Source: Paraspadella gotoi | Taxonomy: Eukaryota; Animalia; Chaetognatha | DNA length: 64,000 nt | Assembly: GCA_051294375.1 (NCBI GenBank) | Contig: CM119264.1 | Coordinates: 26,632,008 to 26,696,007, forward strand | Reading direction: 5' to 3' | In this document: positions 25,399 through 38,236 of the stretch, in pieces | Numbering within the stretch: the stretch's first letter is position 1 | Layout: each line of letters starts with the position of its first letter | The notes under the pieces: model-generated | What the model was told of the DNA's origin: nothing | Database searches by the model: none | Seen by the model: the letters and a program-made list of their open reading frames with translations, nothing else | Position numbers and translations under genes: made by a program

Positions 25399-27205
25399 NN
25401 NNNNNNNNNNNNNNNNNNNNNNNNNNNNNNNNNNNNNNNNNNNNNNNNNNNNNNNNNNNNNNNNNNNNNNNNNNNNNNNNNNNNNNNTCTCTCTCTCTCT
25501 CTCTCTCTCTCTCGCTCTCGTGACAAGCATATTTTCTACGACGTTCCGATAGAGTTTTAATTAAGTTTAGGTTAAACTATTCACATGGTTATTGTTTTCT
25601 TGATTACAAAGTGTTTCAAAGCGGAAAGTTTTATCAAAAATTATCTAAAATGGAGAGTTAGGATAGGAGCATCGTGGTAGGAAGCAAATTTTCTAGAGAA
25701 GGAAATGAAGAAATAAAGAGAAAAATGAACGAAAGAAAGAAATAAATCGAAAGAAGTTGCAAAGATCGAACATAAGTCAGAAAAACAAAACAAAGAAGAA
25801 AGAAAATTTAGAAAAAAAATAGAAAATTTTTTTTCAAATTAAAACTGACTCAGAAATTAGGAAGCGTTAAGAGGAAAAAAAATTTAAGCTAAATATCAAA
25901 AAAGGGTAGAAAAATAAAAGTTTTCTAAAAAATAGAGAAGCAGACAAGAAAAATAAAAAAAATGAAAAAAGAAAAGAAAAATGGAAAGAAAAAAAATAAA
26001 GGGAGCGAGAAAAAAAGAAAAGAAGAAAGGGAGAGAAAGGGTGGGTGAAGAAAGAAGAAAGAAAGGGAGAAAGAANNNNNNNNNNNNNNNNNNNNNNNNN
26101 NNNNNNNNNNNNNNNNNNNNNNNNNNNNNNNNNNNNNNNNNNNNNNNNNNNNNNNNNNNNNNNNNNNNNNNNNNNNNNNNNNNNNNNNNNNNNNNNNNNN
26201 NNNNNNNNNNNNNNNNNNNNNNNNNNNNNNNNNNNNNNNNNNNNNNNNNNNNNNNNNNNNNNNNNNNNNNNNNNNNNNNNNNNNNNNNNNNNNNNNNNNN
26301 NNNNNNNNNNNNNNNNNNNNNNNNNNNNNNNNNNNNNNNNNNNNNNNNNNNNNNNNNNNNNNNAAAGAGAGAGATCCGAACACACTAGCACCCCCGCCCA
26401 GCTGGCATTTAAGAATCTCGAGCGTCCTCAGGCGCTTTTCCGTCCTCACTTGATTTGTTCTCGTCTCGATTCTTTTTCGCTGCTTTTTTTTAACTGTTGC
26501 TTCGTTATTAAACGTATTCTTGGGCGCAATCTTCGGCATGGGCGGATGTTGCAATCACTGGCAACCAATCTTTCCTTTCCGCCTTGTTCCGGTTGCAAAA
26601 TAGTCTTTCAGTTAATTCATGCACCTTTCAGATTTGTTTCGTCTTCTCTCTCTCTCTCGTCTCGCTCATATCTCTCTCTCTCTCATCTCTCTTCTCTCTC
26701 TCATCGGCTCGATCAATCTTCTCTCTCTCTTTTATTCATATCATTCCCTCCATCAACCATTCACGATTCTTCTTATTCTCCGCCTTCCAGAGATTTTCTC
26801 TCTCCTCCCCGATCGTTGAACCGAGAGTTTCACTTTCATTCCACTTTAATCTCCTCGCCACATTCCCCCCCCCCGGGCACACTTGGACACCCTAGATACT
26901 TAGCATCGGTCTAAGGGTCAAGTCTGGGTCTGGGTCTGGGTCTAGTTCTAGGTCAGGTTATCTTCACATCATTGACTGCAATAAAATGTCTAAACACCAT
27001 TTAACCTGATCAAACCCCCAAAGCCCCTTTCCACCCTCGTAACCCCAACCACCCTGGATTCTCACTCACCAACGCCGAGGTCTAATTTCGGGTCGGAGCG
27101 TGAAGACGTGAAGACAGTGAAGACGTGAAGGCCGTGAAACGGAGAAGGATTTACTCTCACGGATTAAGAATCCGTCGCTTGGAAAATCACAAAGAAAGAT
27201 CCCTG

Positions 27206-27263
<58 letters not shown>

Positions 27264-27692
27264 CTTGACCAAATTGTAATTTTTTCGAATGAGTTTTCCC
27301 CACCAGTTTTAAATTTTCTCATTGCAAAATCTCCCGGTAAAAGTTAAAACTTTTTTCCCTTCGAATTTCACAAAAGTTCATTTTCTGGTTTGAGATTCAT
27401 TTCTTTCTCGAAATTGTTTTGAGGACAAAATCGTTTGAACGCGGTGGTGGAATATCTTAGAAATGGGATTTAGTAACTTTTATAATTCACCGTTTAATAT
27501 ATTCGCATACAAAATATAATAGTTTTAAAATATTCAAAGACAATGAATACATAAAAACTAAACCGAAAAAAAAAAGGAATGCGTTTCTCAATTCTTCTCC
27601 CTCTTTCTTTCGGCTAAACCCTCTTTACCCTAAAAAACAAATCCCCTCCAATTTTTTTTTTGGTCCATATTTGTATTTGGGATTTGGACAGA

Positions 27693-27743
<51 letters not shown>

Positions 27744-27842
27744 TGTCCTTCGTCCACTGATTTATGCTTCTCGGTTCGCGCCAAACAGCTGCCGCGCTAA
27801 TTCTTGTTACGGGACGCGCCTACGAGAGAGAGAGAGAGAGGA

Positions 27843-27873
<31 letters not shown>

Positions 27874-28368
27874 GAGAGAGAGGAGAGAAGAGAGAGAGAG
27901 AGAAGAGACTTTAACAGCTGGATAATGGTTAAAACAGGTTTCTTCACTCCCTCCCTCCGATGACGAAAACAAGTGGTTTAACATTTTGACGGATGATCAG
28001 ACGAAAAGAAAACGAAGGGGGGGCGAGGGCGAGGAGGAGGAGGAGGAGAGGGGAGAAGAGGAGCGGAAGGAGTTATTAGGTGAAAATGGGAGAAGAAAGA
28101 GAGAAAGAGAGAGAGACGAGAAGAGAGAGAGAGAAGAGAGAGAAGAGAGAGAGAGAAGATGGCGGAAAATAAGGGGAGGGGAAAGTGTTTTTTTTTTTTC
28201 GAGATAGTTGGAACTCGAACAGAAAGACCGACCGACCTGACCCAGACGCGCGACCGACCAGACCGACCGACCCGACGATGAATGGCTCGTTATTTCGCGT
28301 TCTGGAACAACAAACGAGTTTTGGCTTAGGGTTAATGAAGAGAGAATAGAGAGAAGAGACAAGAGAGT

Positions 28369-28426
<58 letters not shown>

Positions 28427-28939
28427 GAGAGAGAGAGAGGGGAGAGAGAAACGAGAAGTAATAAAAAACGGAGGTCGTTTCAAGGTCTCAAGTTTCGTCT
28501 CAAGTTTTGTTAATATTTTTTTCAACATCAAGTTTTATGTCAGTCGTTGCATATAACAACACAACAACAGCGACGTTCAACTGTCTTTTTCTCATCTAAA
28601 TTCTCGCCTTGATCTATTTCCATCTCTCGCAGTAAACGCGATGCCACGCCCACGAAGCGTCAACTTCTTTTCGCATTCGGTTTCATATTTGGTTTCTGTC
28701 TTAATTTCCGGCCTCTTGTATCACTACATCATTTGACTGTGTTTTACTGAAACAACTCTTCACTTACTGAACGGTTGTCGCTGAGTTTTCACGAGCTACT
28801 TTCAAACGTAGCTCTATAGTTGACAAACTTTTTGGCTTCAAGAAGCTATATAACGTAGCCTCAATTCTTCACTGTATTTTTATCCCACTCTTTAGTAGCG
28901 CGAGACGCTGAAGCCGGGAACATAGGAACCGGTGTTTGA

Positions 28940-29137
28940 TACGGATCCACCTCCTGTCGGCCTTCATATCCGGTTCCCCCTCCCGGTCAGCCTTCATATC
29001 CGGTTCCCCCTCCCGTCAGCCTTCATATCCGGTTCCACCTCCCAGTTGGCCTACATATCCGGATCAACCTCCTGTCGGCTTTCATATCCGGTTCCCCCAT
29101 TCCCGGTCGGCCTTCATATCCGGTTCCCCCTCCAGGT
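28940..29137. repeat. 29-31-bp minisatellite, array 1 (GCCTTCATATCCGGTTCCCCCTCCCGGTC)
   Basis: About 6.5 tandem units, no spacers. Confidence 0.92.
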
Positions 29138-29198
29138 AAGCCGGTAATGAGGAATTGCGTAAGTTTACCCCGCCTATAAACATGATACCTTCAGGCAT

Positions 29199-29270
29199 GA
29201 CCCGGTGGCTCATTGAGTAAAGCCATCACCTGATGACCACTAGATACTGGGTTCAATCCCAACCCAGTAC
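29199..29270 (+). ncRNA. tRNA-like Pol III unit (tRNA-derived SINE head or tRNA pseudogene)
   Basis: A-box-like TGGCTCATTGAG at 29206-29217, B-box GGTTCAATCCC at 29250-29260 and TATAAA at 29175-29180. Acceptor and anticodon stems do not pair, so this is not a functional tRNA. Confidence 0.45.
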
Positions 29271-29379
29271 CTACCCTGTGTGAAGCGTGAGGACCGCCTT
29301 GGGAAGCGTGAGAGGGCATAGAAGTTACGGATAGTAGTCTTCAGCCTACTTAGTGCCTTATCCACAAACGGTTCTGTCT

Positions 29380-29661
29380 TCATATCCATTTTGGACTCCT
29401 AAGACCGACAGGCCTTCTCGTCACTATTGGTTTCCCCTCCCGACAGCCCTTTCCATCCGATTCCACCTCTCATCTGGCCTTCACATCCGGTTCTATCTCG
29501 TGGCAGGCCTTCATATCCATTTTGGCCTCCTAAGACGGACAGGTCTTCTCGTCACTATTGGTTCCCCCTCCCGACAGGCCTTTCCATCCGGTTCCACCTC
29601 CCATCTGGCCTTTCCATCCGGTTCCACCTCCCATCTGGCCTTCACATCCGGTTCCGGTTCC
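29380..29661. repeat. Array 2 of the same 30-bp family, organised as a 131-bp higher-order repeat
   Basis: tcatatccattttggNctcctaagacSgacagg...cactattgg recurs at 29380 and 29511, with ...catccggttccacctcccatctggcc units. Confidence 0.9.
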
Positions 29662-30255
29662 GTTTCCCTCGCGGCGTCAGAAGCGAAGAAAAAACTGCGT
29701 CGTCGGCAGATTTTCTTCGGACGCGCGTCGAGGAAAAATAAAAAGGTTTTACTTTGGGGCTTTTGAGAAAAGGCGAGACTAAGAGGGTTGAGAAAGAGAC
29801 GTGCCATGGTCCAAACATTTACGTGCAATCGCGCGTAAGTGAAAAAAAAAACTAAGGTGCAATTACATGCTGGGGCAAAAGCATTGAGTGCAATCGAGCG
29901 TAGTGGAGGAAAGCTTTACATACAATCAGCTTGCTATCACGCGTAAAGGAGGAAAACTTTTTGAGCAAGAGAAAGCTTTGCGTGCAATCGCGCACAAGGA
30001 TGAAAAGCTTTACGCGCGAATTAGCTAACGTGCGAATGTTCTTCGAGCGAATCGGAGACCGGGACGTGTGTGGCTTAAGTGCTTCGCTTTTTAAATCCGC
30101 AGGTGCGACGCGCACGCGACACTCTCGAATAAAAACAAAAGACACGAGAGGAAATTCGCGTCGCTTGAAGTCGACGTCGGAGGTCGCGACAGGTGCAGAG
30201 CGTCGACGACGGATGCAGAGACGAAGCAGCTGTTGACGCGAGAGAAAGAGAAAGA

Positions 30256-30295
<40 letters not shown>

Positions 30296-31090
30296 TTCAA
30301 TATTTGGACAAGAACCAAAACAATAAAAAAGAAATGAAGCGAGTTTTAATGTCTCTACAAATTTTTAGAGACCTAGAGAATTACTTGATATGTTTTTATT
30401 GAAAATAAAGTAAAACACTTGGAGCTTCAATGAGCTTTTCCCACTTTTTATCACTCAACCTTTTATTTTTTACGGAAATTCGATTGAGTGAAACGTGACA
30501 TTGCGAACGGACCGAGAGAGAGAGAGAGAGAGNNNNNNNNNNNNNNNNNNNNNNNNNNNNNNNNNNNNNNNNNNNNNNNNNNNNNNNNNNNNNNNNNNNN
30601 NNNNNNNNNNNNNNNNNNNNNNNNNNNNNNNNNNNNNNNNNNNNNNNNNNNNNNNNNNNNNNNNNNNNNNNNNNNNNNNNNNNNNNNNNNNNNNNNNNNN
30701 NNNNNNNNNNNNNNNNNNNNNNNNNNNNNNNNNNNNTACATACACATTTTTTTCACACACTCGAGCGTTTCTTTTCCTCCAAAACTGTTTTTGCTTTTTT
30801 TATTTCCATTTTCAACAGCGAATTTCGGTTTTTTTTTTAATAGAAAAAAACTTAATCGAAAGAAGTTGGAAAATCGAAATGCGGATTAAACTTCTGATGG
30901 AGATTCGGAAATTTGTCTCCCGTGGTGAAAAGAGAGAGAGAGAGNNNNNNNNNNNNNNNNNNNNNNNNNNNNNNNNNNNNNNNNNNNNNNNNNNNNNNNN
31001 NNNNNNNNNNNNNNNNNNNNNNNNNNNNNNNNNNNNNNNNNNNNNNNNNNNNNNNNNNNNNNNNNNNNNNNNNNNNNNNNNNNNNNNNNN

Positions 31091-31122
<32 letters not shown>

Positions 31123-32270
31123 GAGAGCAGCAATTGATTTTGATTGACATCTCTTCTGGCATCCAAGTTTTGACAAGAACTTTTTTGGTTGGGCTCTGCG
31201 TTTTTTTTAGCTCTATTCAATTTCCATCTTCCATAGTGACTAAAACTTATCTATACTTTCGCCAGGTTGTCAGGTTGAATTCATATTTTTTTTCAAATAT
31301 TCTCTGTCTCATTCTCTCTCTCTGTCCAGATCTCTCTCTCTCTGTCCAGATCTCTCTCTCTCTATCTCTCACCTTTCCCGACAATTACTTTCCTCGTCTA
31401 CCGTCGACTTAATCATCTTTATCCAAAAGTAAACAAGTTATTTGCCTCCGCCGAAATTCCTTTGGGTTAGAATAGTCTCTCACTCTCTCTCTCTCTTTTT
31501 CTCTCTCTTTCAATAAATAAGGGACGAGGGATCAGAAAACAAATGAGGGAATGTAGACGGTCTCGATTCTTTTATCTCTTCTATCTTTTTTCGTTCATAT
31601 CTGAATCTATCTTTCTTTCTTTTCTTACCTCATTTTCCTGACCTTCTTTATTCCTTTGCTCATTTCTCATCTCTCATTAAATTTCCTTTTTTTTTTCAAC
31701 TTTAGTTCAACAAAATCTAAATCTCGTTATTTTTCCCCTATTTCCTTTCCCTAGTCATTTTTCATAAAATTCACTGTCTGTATACCTTTATATGGCATTT
31801 CATTCTTTCTTTCTTCAATTGTTACCCACATTCCAATCCTCTTTTTTCGCCTGTGACCTCTCTCTCTCTCTCTTCCTCCTCCTCTTCTCTCTCTTCTCAT
31901 CTCTCTCTCTCTCAATCTCTCTCCTCCTCTCTCTCTCTCTCTCTCTCTCGGCGGATTATGAAATTTGTTACAGTTGTCATCTCAGAGGCTTTAAAAAGCT
32001 TTCGGACCTTAAACGCCTCCTTTGTTTGACAAAAGGAGCGTTTTTTCCGGCTCTGGTCCCCCCCCCATTTTTTGTTGCTTACCAGATTGGAAGAGGCGGC
32101 CGACAGAAAAAAATCCCGAGGACAGAACGGACTATACCAACGCCTCCTGCCTTACCCTAAAATTCAGAACGTAACCCAGTCGAGAAATAAGTATTAATCC
32201 TGTAATGTGATTTTTTTTGTAATGTTAATCGTTTTCGGGAACGTATTTTTTTAAGTTTGTACTCATCAGG

Positions 32271-32337
<67 letters not shown>

Positions 32338-33364
32338 TCTCGAGGTAAACAAAGATAAAGCATAGTCTTTTCGCCCCCAGTGTCTCTTCATGAATATTAA
32401 CGAGGATAAGGTTCGGGTGAGGCTCAAGGGGCGAGAGCGAACTCACCCGCCGGTCTGACTCAAATCGCTGGGGTGAGAGAGAATTTTGTTTTCGAGGTTT
32501 GGTCTCGGATGAATCCCAGGACTTAAGAGTCAACCTACTCACAAAATAAATTAATATTTAATTTAAAGCTGAGGCAAAGAAAATCTTTTTGAACATAGTG
32601 TGTTGAACACTATGTTTTTGGTTCGTTTTTTTGTGTTTTTTTTTTTATGAGCAACAACAAGGTCAGAAAAAGGCAATCAGCACCAGTGAGTCTAACAAAA
32701 TACGTAATAACAAGACTGATATCTCCAACTGGGGCAACAAGGTTCAACGCTTTCCCAGTTTCCTTTGTTTCTCCATTTTTTCCCATTTAGACCGAGATTC
32801 TCCAAACGCCAAAGGATAAAAATTGCATTCGTTCGGAAAAAAAAAGAAATTGAGAGAAAATCGCGATTAAAAATAACTCGGTTGAATTTACGACGAAGAT
32901 AAAAAGGCGAGATTCCCTGTTATGAGTTCACAGCATCCGAGACTTTGTCCGTGAAAAGACAAAGTAAACGTGAAATACGTCGAAGATTCTGTCTTCAATA
33001 CGTTTTATTTAAAATTGAACGATATTAAATAAGCGCCTAATTAGTCAGGCGATATAATGATTATATATATTATATACGCTATATTATATTCGATAATAAT
33101 TATCGAATATTATTTGACAGCCGATCATGAAAAAATATTATAAATTATTCTGTGTAAATTCTATCAAAACAAACAAACAAACAAACAAAGAAACCAACAA
33201 AAACAAAAACAGAAGTCGCGCAATCGATCACGCCCCCTTCCCCCCCCCCTCACTTCGAAGCCTCGTCTTTAAACACGATATCGTTTTGTTTTTTGGTTTT
33301 TTTCGTTAAATTTCTGGCCGCTGACGAATTGAATCACAACTGTTGACTTTATCGACGTTTACGA

Positions 33365-33497
33365 GGCGACGTCACCGTAACGGGGTTACGTAACGCGGTC
33401 GTTGACGCGGCGACGTCAGCGTCACGGGGTTACTTAACGCGTTCGTTGACGCGGCGACGTCAGCGTAACGGGGTTACGTAACGCGGTCGTTGACGCG
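33365..33497. repeat. 44-bp tandem repeat x3, rich in ACGT-core palindromes
   Basis: GACGTC at 33368, 33412 and 33456; GTTACGTAAC in units 1 and 3. Confidence 0.95.
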
Positions 33498-33604
33498 ATT
33501 AGAATCACTCGGTGCGAAATTCCATCTATAGATGACGCCATCGGCTTTTTGTAATCAATCTGCTTGATGAGGTCATTGACTTTATCTTCATTACTTTTTC
33601 CAGC

Positions 33605-33605
<1 letters not shown>

Positions 33606-33692
<87 letters not shown>
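33606..33692. repeat. (ATT)n microsatellite
   Basis: Seen directly, about 29 units. Confidence 0.97.
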
Positions 33693-33826
33693 GAAGGTTC
33701 TGCAATGCCCGACTACAGTAGTATCAAAACTCCACAGTTGACTTGTAACGTTTTAAAAATCGAAAATCCAGGAATTACTCCTGTTGACGTATGTGACGTA
33801 TTAACGTCAAAGGCTCCGTGACATAT

Positions 33827-34001
33827 GACGCCAATCTTAACGTCAACAAGCGACATTCTTAACGTCACCCAGTGCCTTGACAAGGGACGCCAACCCTAAC
33901 GTCTCAAGGCGCCATTTTTTACGTCACACGGCGCCATTCTGAACGTCAAAAGGCGCCATTTTTTACGTCACACGGCGCCATTCTGAACGTCACAAGGCGC
34001 C
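33827..34001. repeat. 22-bp tandem repeat (alternating 44-bp dimer), GGCGCCATT-n4-ACGTCA
   Basis: GGCGCC at 33908, 33930, 33952, 33974 and 33996, plus degenerate units from 33827. Confidence 0.92.
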
Positions 34002-34450
34002 CTCTTTCGGTCGTGACGCATTTGTTCTCGTTTTTTGGGGGAAAAAGGATTTCTAGGGATTTTGAGGCAGAAACAAGAAATTTGTTTTCTGTTGTGGGTT
34101 TTTTTTTGGGGGGGGGCGGTGCGGGCGAAAGGAAAAAACCCGTTGGATCAAAAGAATTTCTATCACAATCAGTATTTGGCGACAAAGGGAAAAAAAAGCG
34201 TTTTAATCAAATGAGTTTTTAAACTCTTTTTGAGAAAAGCGGAAAACGGATTTTTAAGTATTTTGCTCGACTTGTTTTAGATTACCATGCCATGCATTGG
34301 CTTGCGTCTCCTTTCTGTCCAAAGCCCTTTTTTATTTTGTTTTGGGAACCAAGCCATGTCTTCCAATGGCTTACCTTGCCCTGCCTTCTCTATCACTTCT
34401 CTCCGCCCAAGCTTTGTCTCGTTCCTCGTTCCATATTTTTTTTCCGAACT

Positions 34451-34833
34451 TCCAAATCCAATATAAATTCAAAATCCGAAATTCCTTATTCCCGAGATTC
34501 AAATTTAATATAAATCAAAATCTGAAATCCATTGTTCTCGAGATTCAAATTCAATATAAATCTAAATCCGATATACCTTATTCCCGAGATCCAAATCTAA
34601 TATAAAACTAAATCCAATATCCCTTATTCCCGAGATTCAAATCCAATATAAATCTAAATCCGAAATCCCTTATTCCCGAGATCCAAATCCAATATAAATT
34701 CAAAATCCGAAATCCCTTATTCCCGAGATCCAAATCCAATAGAAATCTAAATCCGAAATCCCTTATTCCCGAGAACCAAATCCAATATAAATCTAAATCC
34801 GAAATCCCTTATTCCCGAGATCCCTTATTCCCG
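34451..34833. repeat. 46-bp minisatellite, ~8.5 copies
   Basis: TTATTCCCGAG core (one degenerate copy) at 34486, 34532, 34578, 34624, 34670, 34717, 34763 and 34809. The unit is built from AAATCY-like hexamers. Confidence 0.96.
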
Positions 34834-37687
34834 ATCGCCAAATCTGGAGAGAAAAAAAACCATTAAACCTGAAAAGGTGGAATCTTCGAAAAAAGACCTT
34901 GGATGGATTGTGTGAACCGGAGAAGATTGTGTGAGCGGTGAGAGAGAAAAAAATCTCTGCGTGAAGCGAGACGGTTTTTCTTAACTAAAAGCGACTACTC
35001 ATTATTATTATTTATTATTATTATTTATTTTTTCATTTCTAATAACGACGACGTTACGATTTTCGTTTAGGACGAAATAATCACTGTGTGGTTTTTACGG
35101 CAACAGCAATTTTGGAGCGAGATTCCGGGGTCCTTCGCCGTCGATTCGCGGTGAGAGAACGAGCGTGAATAAAGAGTTTTATTATCGGACGGTAAATCGT
35201 TACATTTAACCTCTTTTATATATTTACATTTTAGGCTCTTTAAAATTTCACATTATTTGCCGTCCGGGAGAGATGAACCGTTTTCTAGGCTTGGGTGCTC
35301 GTGAGGGTAAATTTTTGAGCGAACAACGACAACAACTTCCTCTTTCCTTTATTAAATTTTAACTAAAAATTCGGAACTAGGCTAATGAATTTCGCAATTA
35401 AGCCAATTAAACGGCTACTAATTGGCTCAATGAGAAAAGTTTTACTCGCTCGGAAAGAAAAAGCCATGAAAAAAATATTGTAGGCGCTGGTGTAAACGTT
35501 TAATTTTTGCCCGATGTATAAATAGTAAATACGCTGGGGACGAGAGGCAGCTTTTCTCTCTTTGCGAGCGAGAAAAAAATGGCAGGAAAATAAATGAGGC
35601 TCCCTCGTCGCCAGAACAGACGCTCCGGGGCTGGGGTTGCGGGTGGGGGAGGGCTAGGGGTGGGGTTGGTTTTTGGTGAGGAAGGCTGTCTTTTGGGTGG
35701 GGTAAGTAAGAGAGCATAGCGGCTGCATGTTTTGGAGCGTGCGGCTGACGTTTGGGTGTAGACGTGTTTAAAAAGGGGGTGGAATACAGCGAAAACTGGT
35801 GAGAGCTGCGGTGAATGTTGAAGAAAAGCTGCTCCGTTCCGACTGGCCTGCGCAGTCGGCGGATGGGCGATGTCAAAATCCGAAGACAGAATTTAGAAAG
35901 ACATTTGATTTCGAGCTCTGGAAGGGGGCTTTGGTCGAGGGGGGGCGGGGGGAAGTGAGAGAATGAGGAGTTGGGTAAGATATTAAGAAACAGAGAAATC
36001 TGTTACCCGTCGGTCGGGTGATTTAAGGGTACGAAAACTCATATTCAAGATTCAAGACTCAAGACTCGAGTGGCTGCGCAGCTTCGGGTGAGAGATTTTT
36101 TTTTTTTGTTTCGCGCGCGAGCGATGATGTTGGGTTTCGAAATCTCAATTCGGATCGAGACGGAACGAAACGGACGGACGGACGGACGCGTTGGGATTTA
36201 GGAGAACGAGAAAGATGAGTTAAGGATCGTGAGAGGAGTTAAGTGAAAAAGTAATCATGAGGGAGAGAGGAGAGAGGGGAGTGAGAGAAAGAGGGAGAGA
36301 GGATTGGGAGAAAAAAAGAGACTCGAAGAAAACCGGATAGATAGGAAATAAAGATTAAAGAAAGAAATTGAAAAAAAAGAAGAAAGGAGAAAAAATTGAT
36401 AAAGAAAAAAAAGTGAATCCGTGAAAAAAAAGAAAAAAAAAAGAATTGATATGCAATTGAAAGAAAGCGAATTGAGAATGAATGAAATAAAAGGCCGAAA
36501 AAAAGTACATAGACGCATCAAAAGTAAGTAGAGAACTTATGTGAGGGAAGTGATTGAAAAAATATCAATGAGAGAGAAAGATCTCGAGGATAAAAGATTA
36601 AATGAAGGAGCGTTTGGATCCATTGTGAGTAAGAAAGGAAAGAAAGGAAAGCTGAGAAAGGAAGAAAAAATACGAAAAGAAAAAAAAAAGAGAGAAGAAG
36701 GAAAGATAAGTCTAGAGAGAAGAAGAAAGAAGTAAAGATAGGGAGGGAAATAAAGACTATCAAAAAGACCAAAAAGAGAAAACAATGAAAAGAGAAAGTC
36801 AAAAAGAGAAGTAAAGAACGTAAGAAAATAAAAAGATTATCGTAAAGTCGAAAAGAGAAGTAACGAGAGGAAGAAAAGAAAAACTCAAAAGTCAAAAAAG
36901 AGAAGTAAAGAGAGAGGAAGACGATCACAATGGCGTCGCGGTTGAAGATTAAGACTCGTGAAGTGAAACTGGAGAAACGTAAAAGGAGGCGACGAAAGTC
37001 GTAAATTCACATACGCGCGTCGAGAGTGAGGTCTCACATAACTGAGCGAGGAGGACGTGAAACCAGGCGTCCTGGGTGAGAAAAACGCACGCAAAAGGAT
37101 TAGTGTGCAATTTTATGAAACCGGGCATCCTGGGTGTGCAAACGCACGCAAAAGGATTTGTGCGCAATTTTTATGAAAAGAATTCTTGATGCGCTTCTAT
37201 GAAAATTTATGATCTAACATTAGTTTCATAACTTTTAAAATTTCAATTCGATAAAATTTATGTTTATGTTTTTTCTGAAAAATTTCTCACTGCAAAAAGT
37301 AGGATGTTCTTTGCCAAACGCAATAAGATGCGTTTCATCAGAATCGACTTTTCCTGGCGATGTATTCAATTTCCTGGTGAATAAACTTTGAAGTTTTATG
37401 AACAGTTGCAAAATTACTTGTTTCACTATTTTTTTTTTTTTATTTATTTCTTTAGATTAAAAATAACTATTAATTAGTTATTTGAAACTTACATAATTTC
37501 TTATATAAACTTAAATATAATTCTGTCTCCTCCTCCTCCTCCTCCAACTCCTCTTTTTTCTCTCCAGAGAAAAAAAGAAAGAAAAAAAAAAGAAGAAAAC
37601 GAAAACTGTCAGTCGCAAAAAAAAAAAGAAAAAAAAAAGAAAGAAAGATCGATATCCGCGTCTCTCATTTCTCTTTTCCAAACTCTT

Positions 37688-38008
37688 CCACTCCTTCTAT
37701 CACTCCTCTCCACTCCTTCTATCACTTCTCTTCACTCCTCCCATCACTCCTCTCCACTCCTTCTATCACTTCTCTTCACTCCTTCCTATCACTCCTCTCT
37801 ACTCCTTCTATCACTTCTCTTCACTCCTCCCATCTCTCCTCTCAACTCCTTCTATCACTTCTCTTTCACTCCTCCCATCACTCCTTTTCCACTCCTTCTA
37901 TCACTTCCCTCTTCACTCCTTTCATCACTCCTCTCCAACTCCTATCACTTCTCTCCACTCCTCCAATCACTCCTCTCCACTCCTCCCATCACTCCTTTTT
38001 TACTCCTC
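37688..38008. repeat. 22-bp pyrimidine-rich minisatellite (CACTCCTTCTATCACTTCTCTT-like); copies at ~50102-50420 and ~55082-55420
   Basis: About 14 tandem units seen directly. Confidence 0.92.
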
Positions 38009-38165
38009 CACATTTCTCCTCACTCAACCAGATTTCACACCAATCTCTCATCATTCGTTATTTTCACTGGTAATGTTCTTATCACTTTCCTTACATGAAT
38101 CACATGCATCTCTTTCCTCTCTCCTCACACCAATTCGAATCACTCCTCTCAAATTTTCCATTCAA

Positions 38166-38236
<71 letters not shown>

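Noticed and set aside
29230-29260. Hammerhead ribozyme (CTGATGA core)
   Set aside because: No stem II followed by GAAA and no NUH cleavage helix.
28940-29661. CRISPR array
   Set aside because: Units are contiguous tandem repeats without unique spacers, the context is eukaryotic, and there are no cas genes.
3609-31220. ORFs containing X runs or ER/SL dipeptide repeats
   Set aside because: They are open only because of N gaps or (GA)n/(TC)n tracts.
37025-37070. Hammerhead-like GTC...CTGAGCGA...GAAAC
   Set aside because: The core has an extra base in all three copies and stems I-III do not pair.
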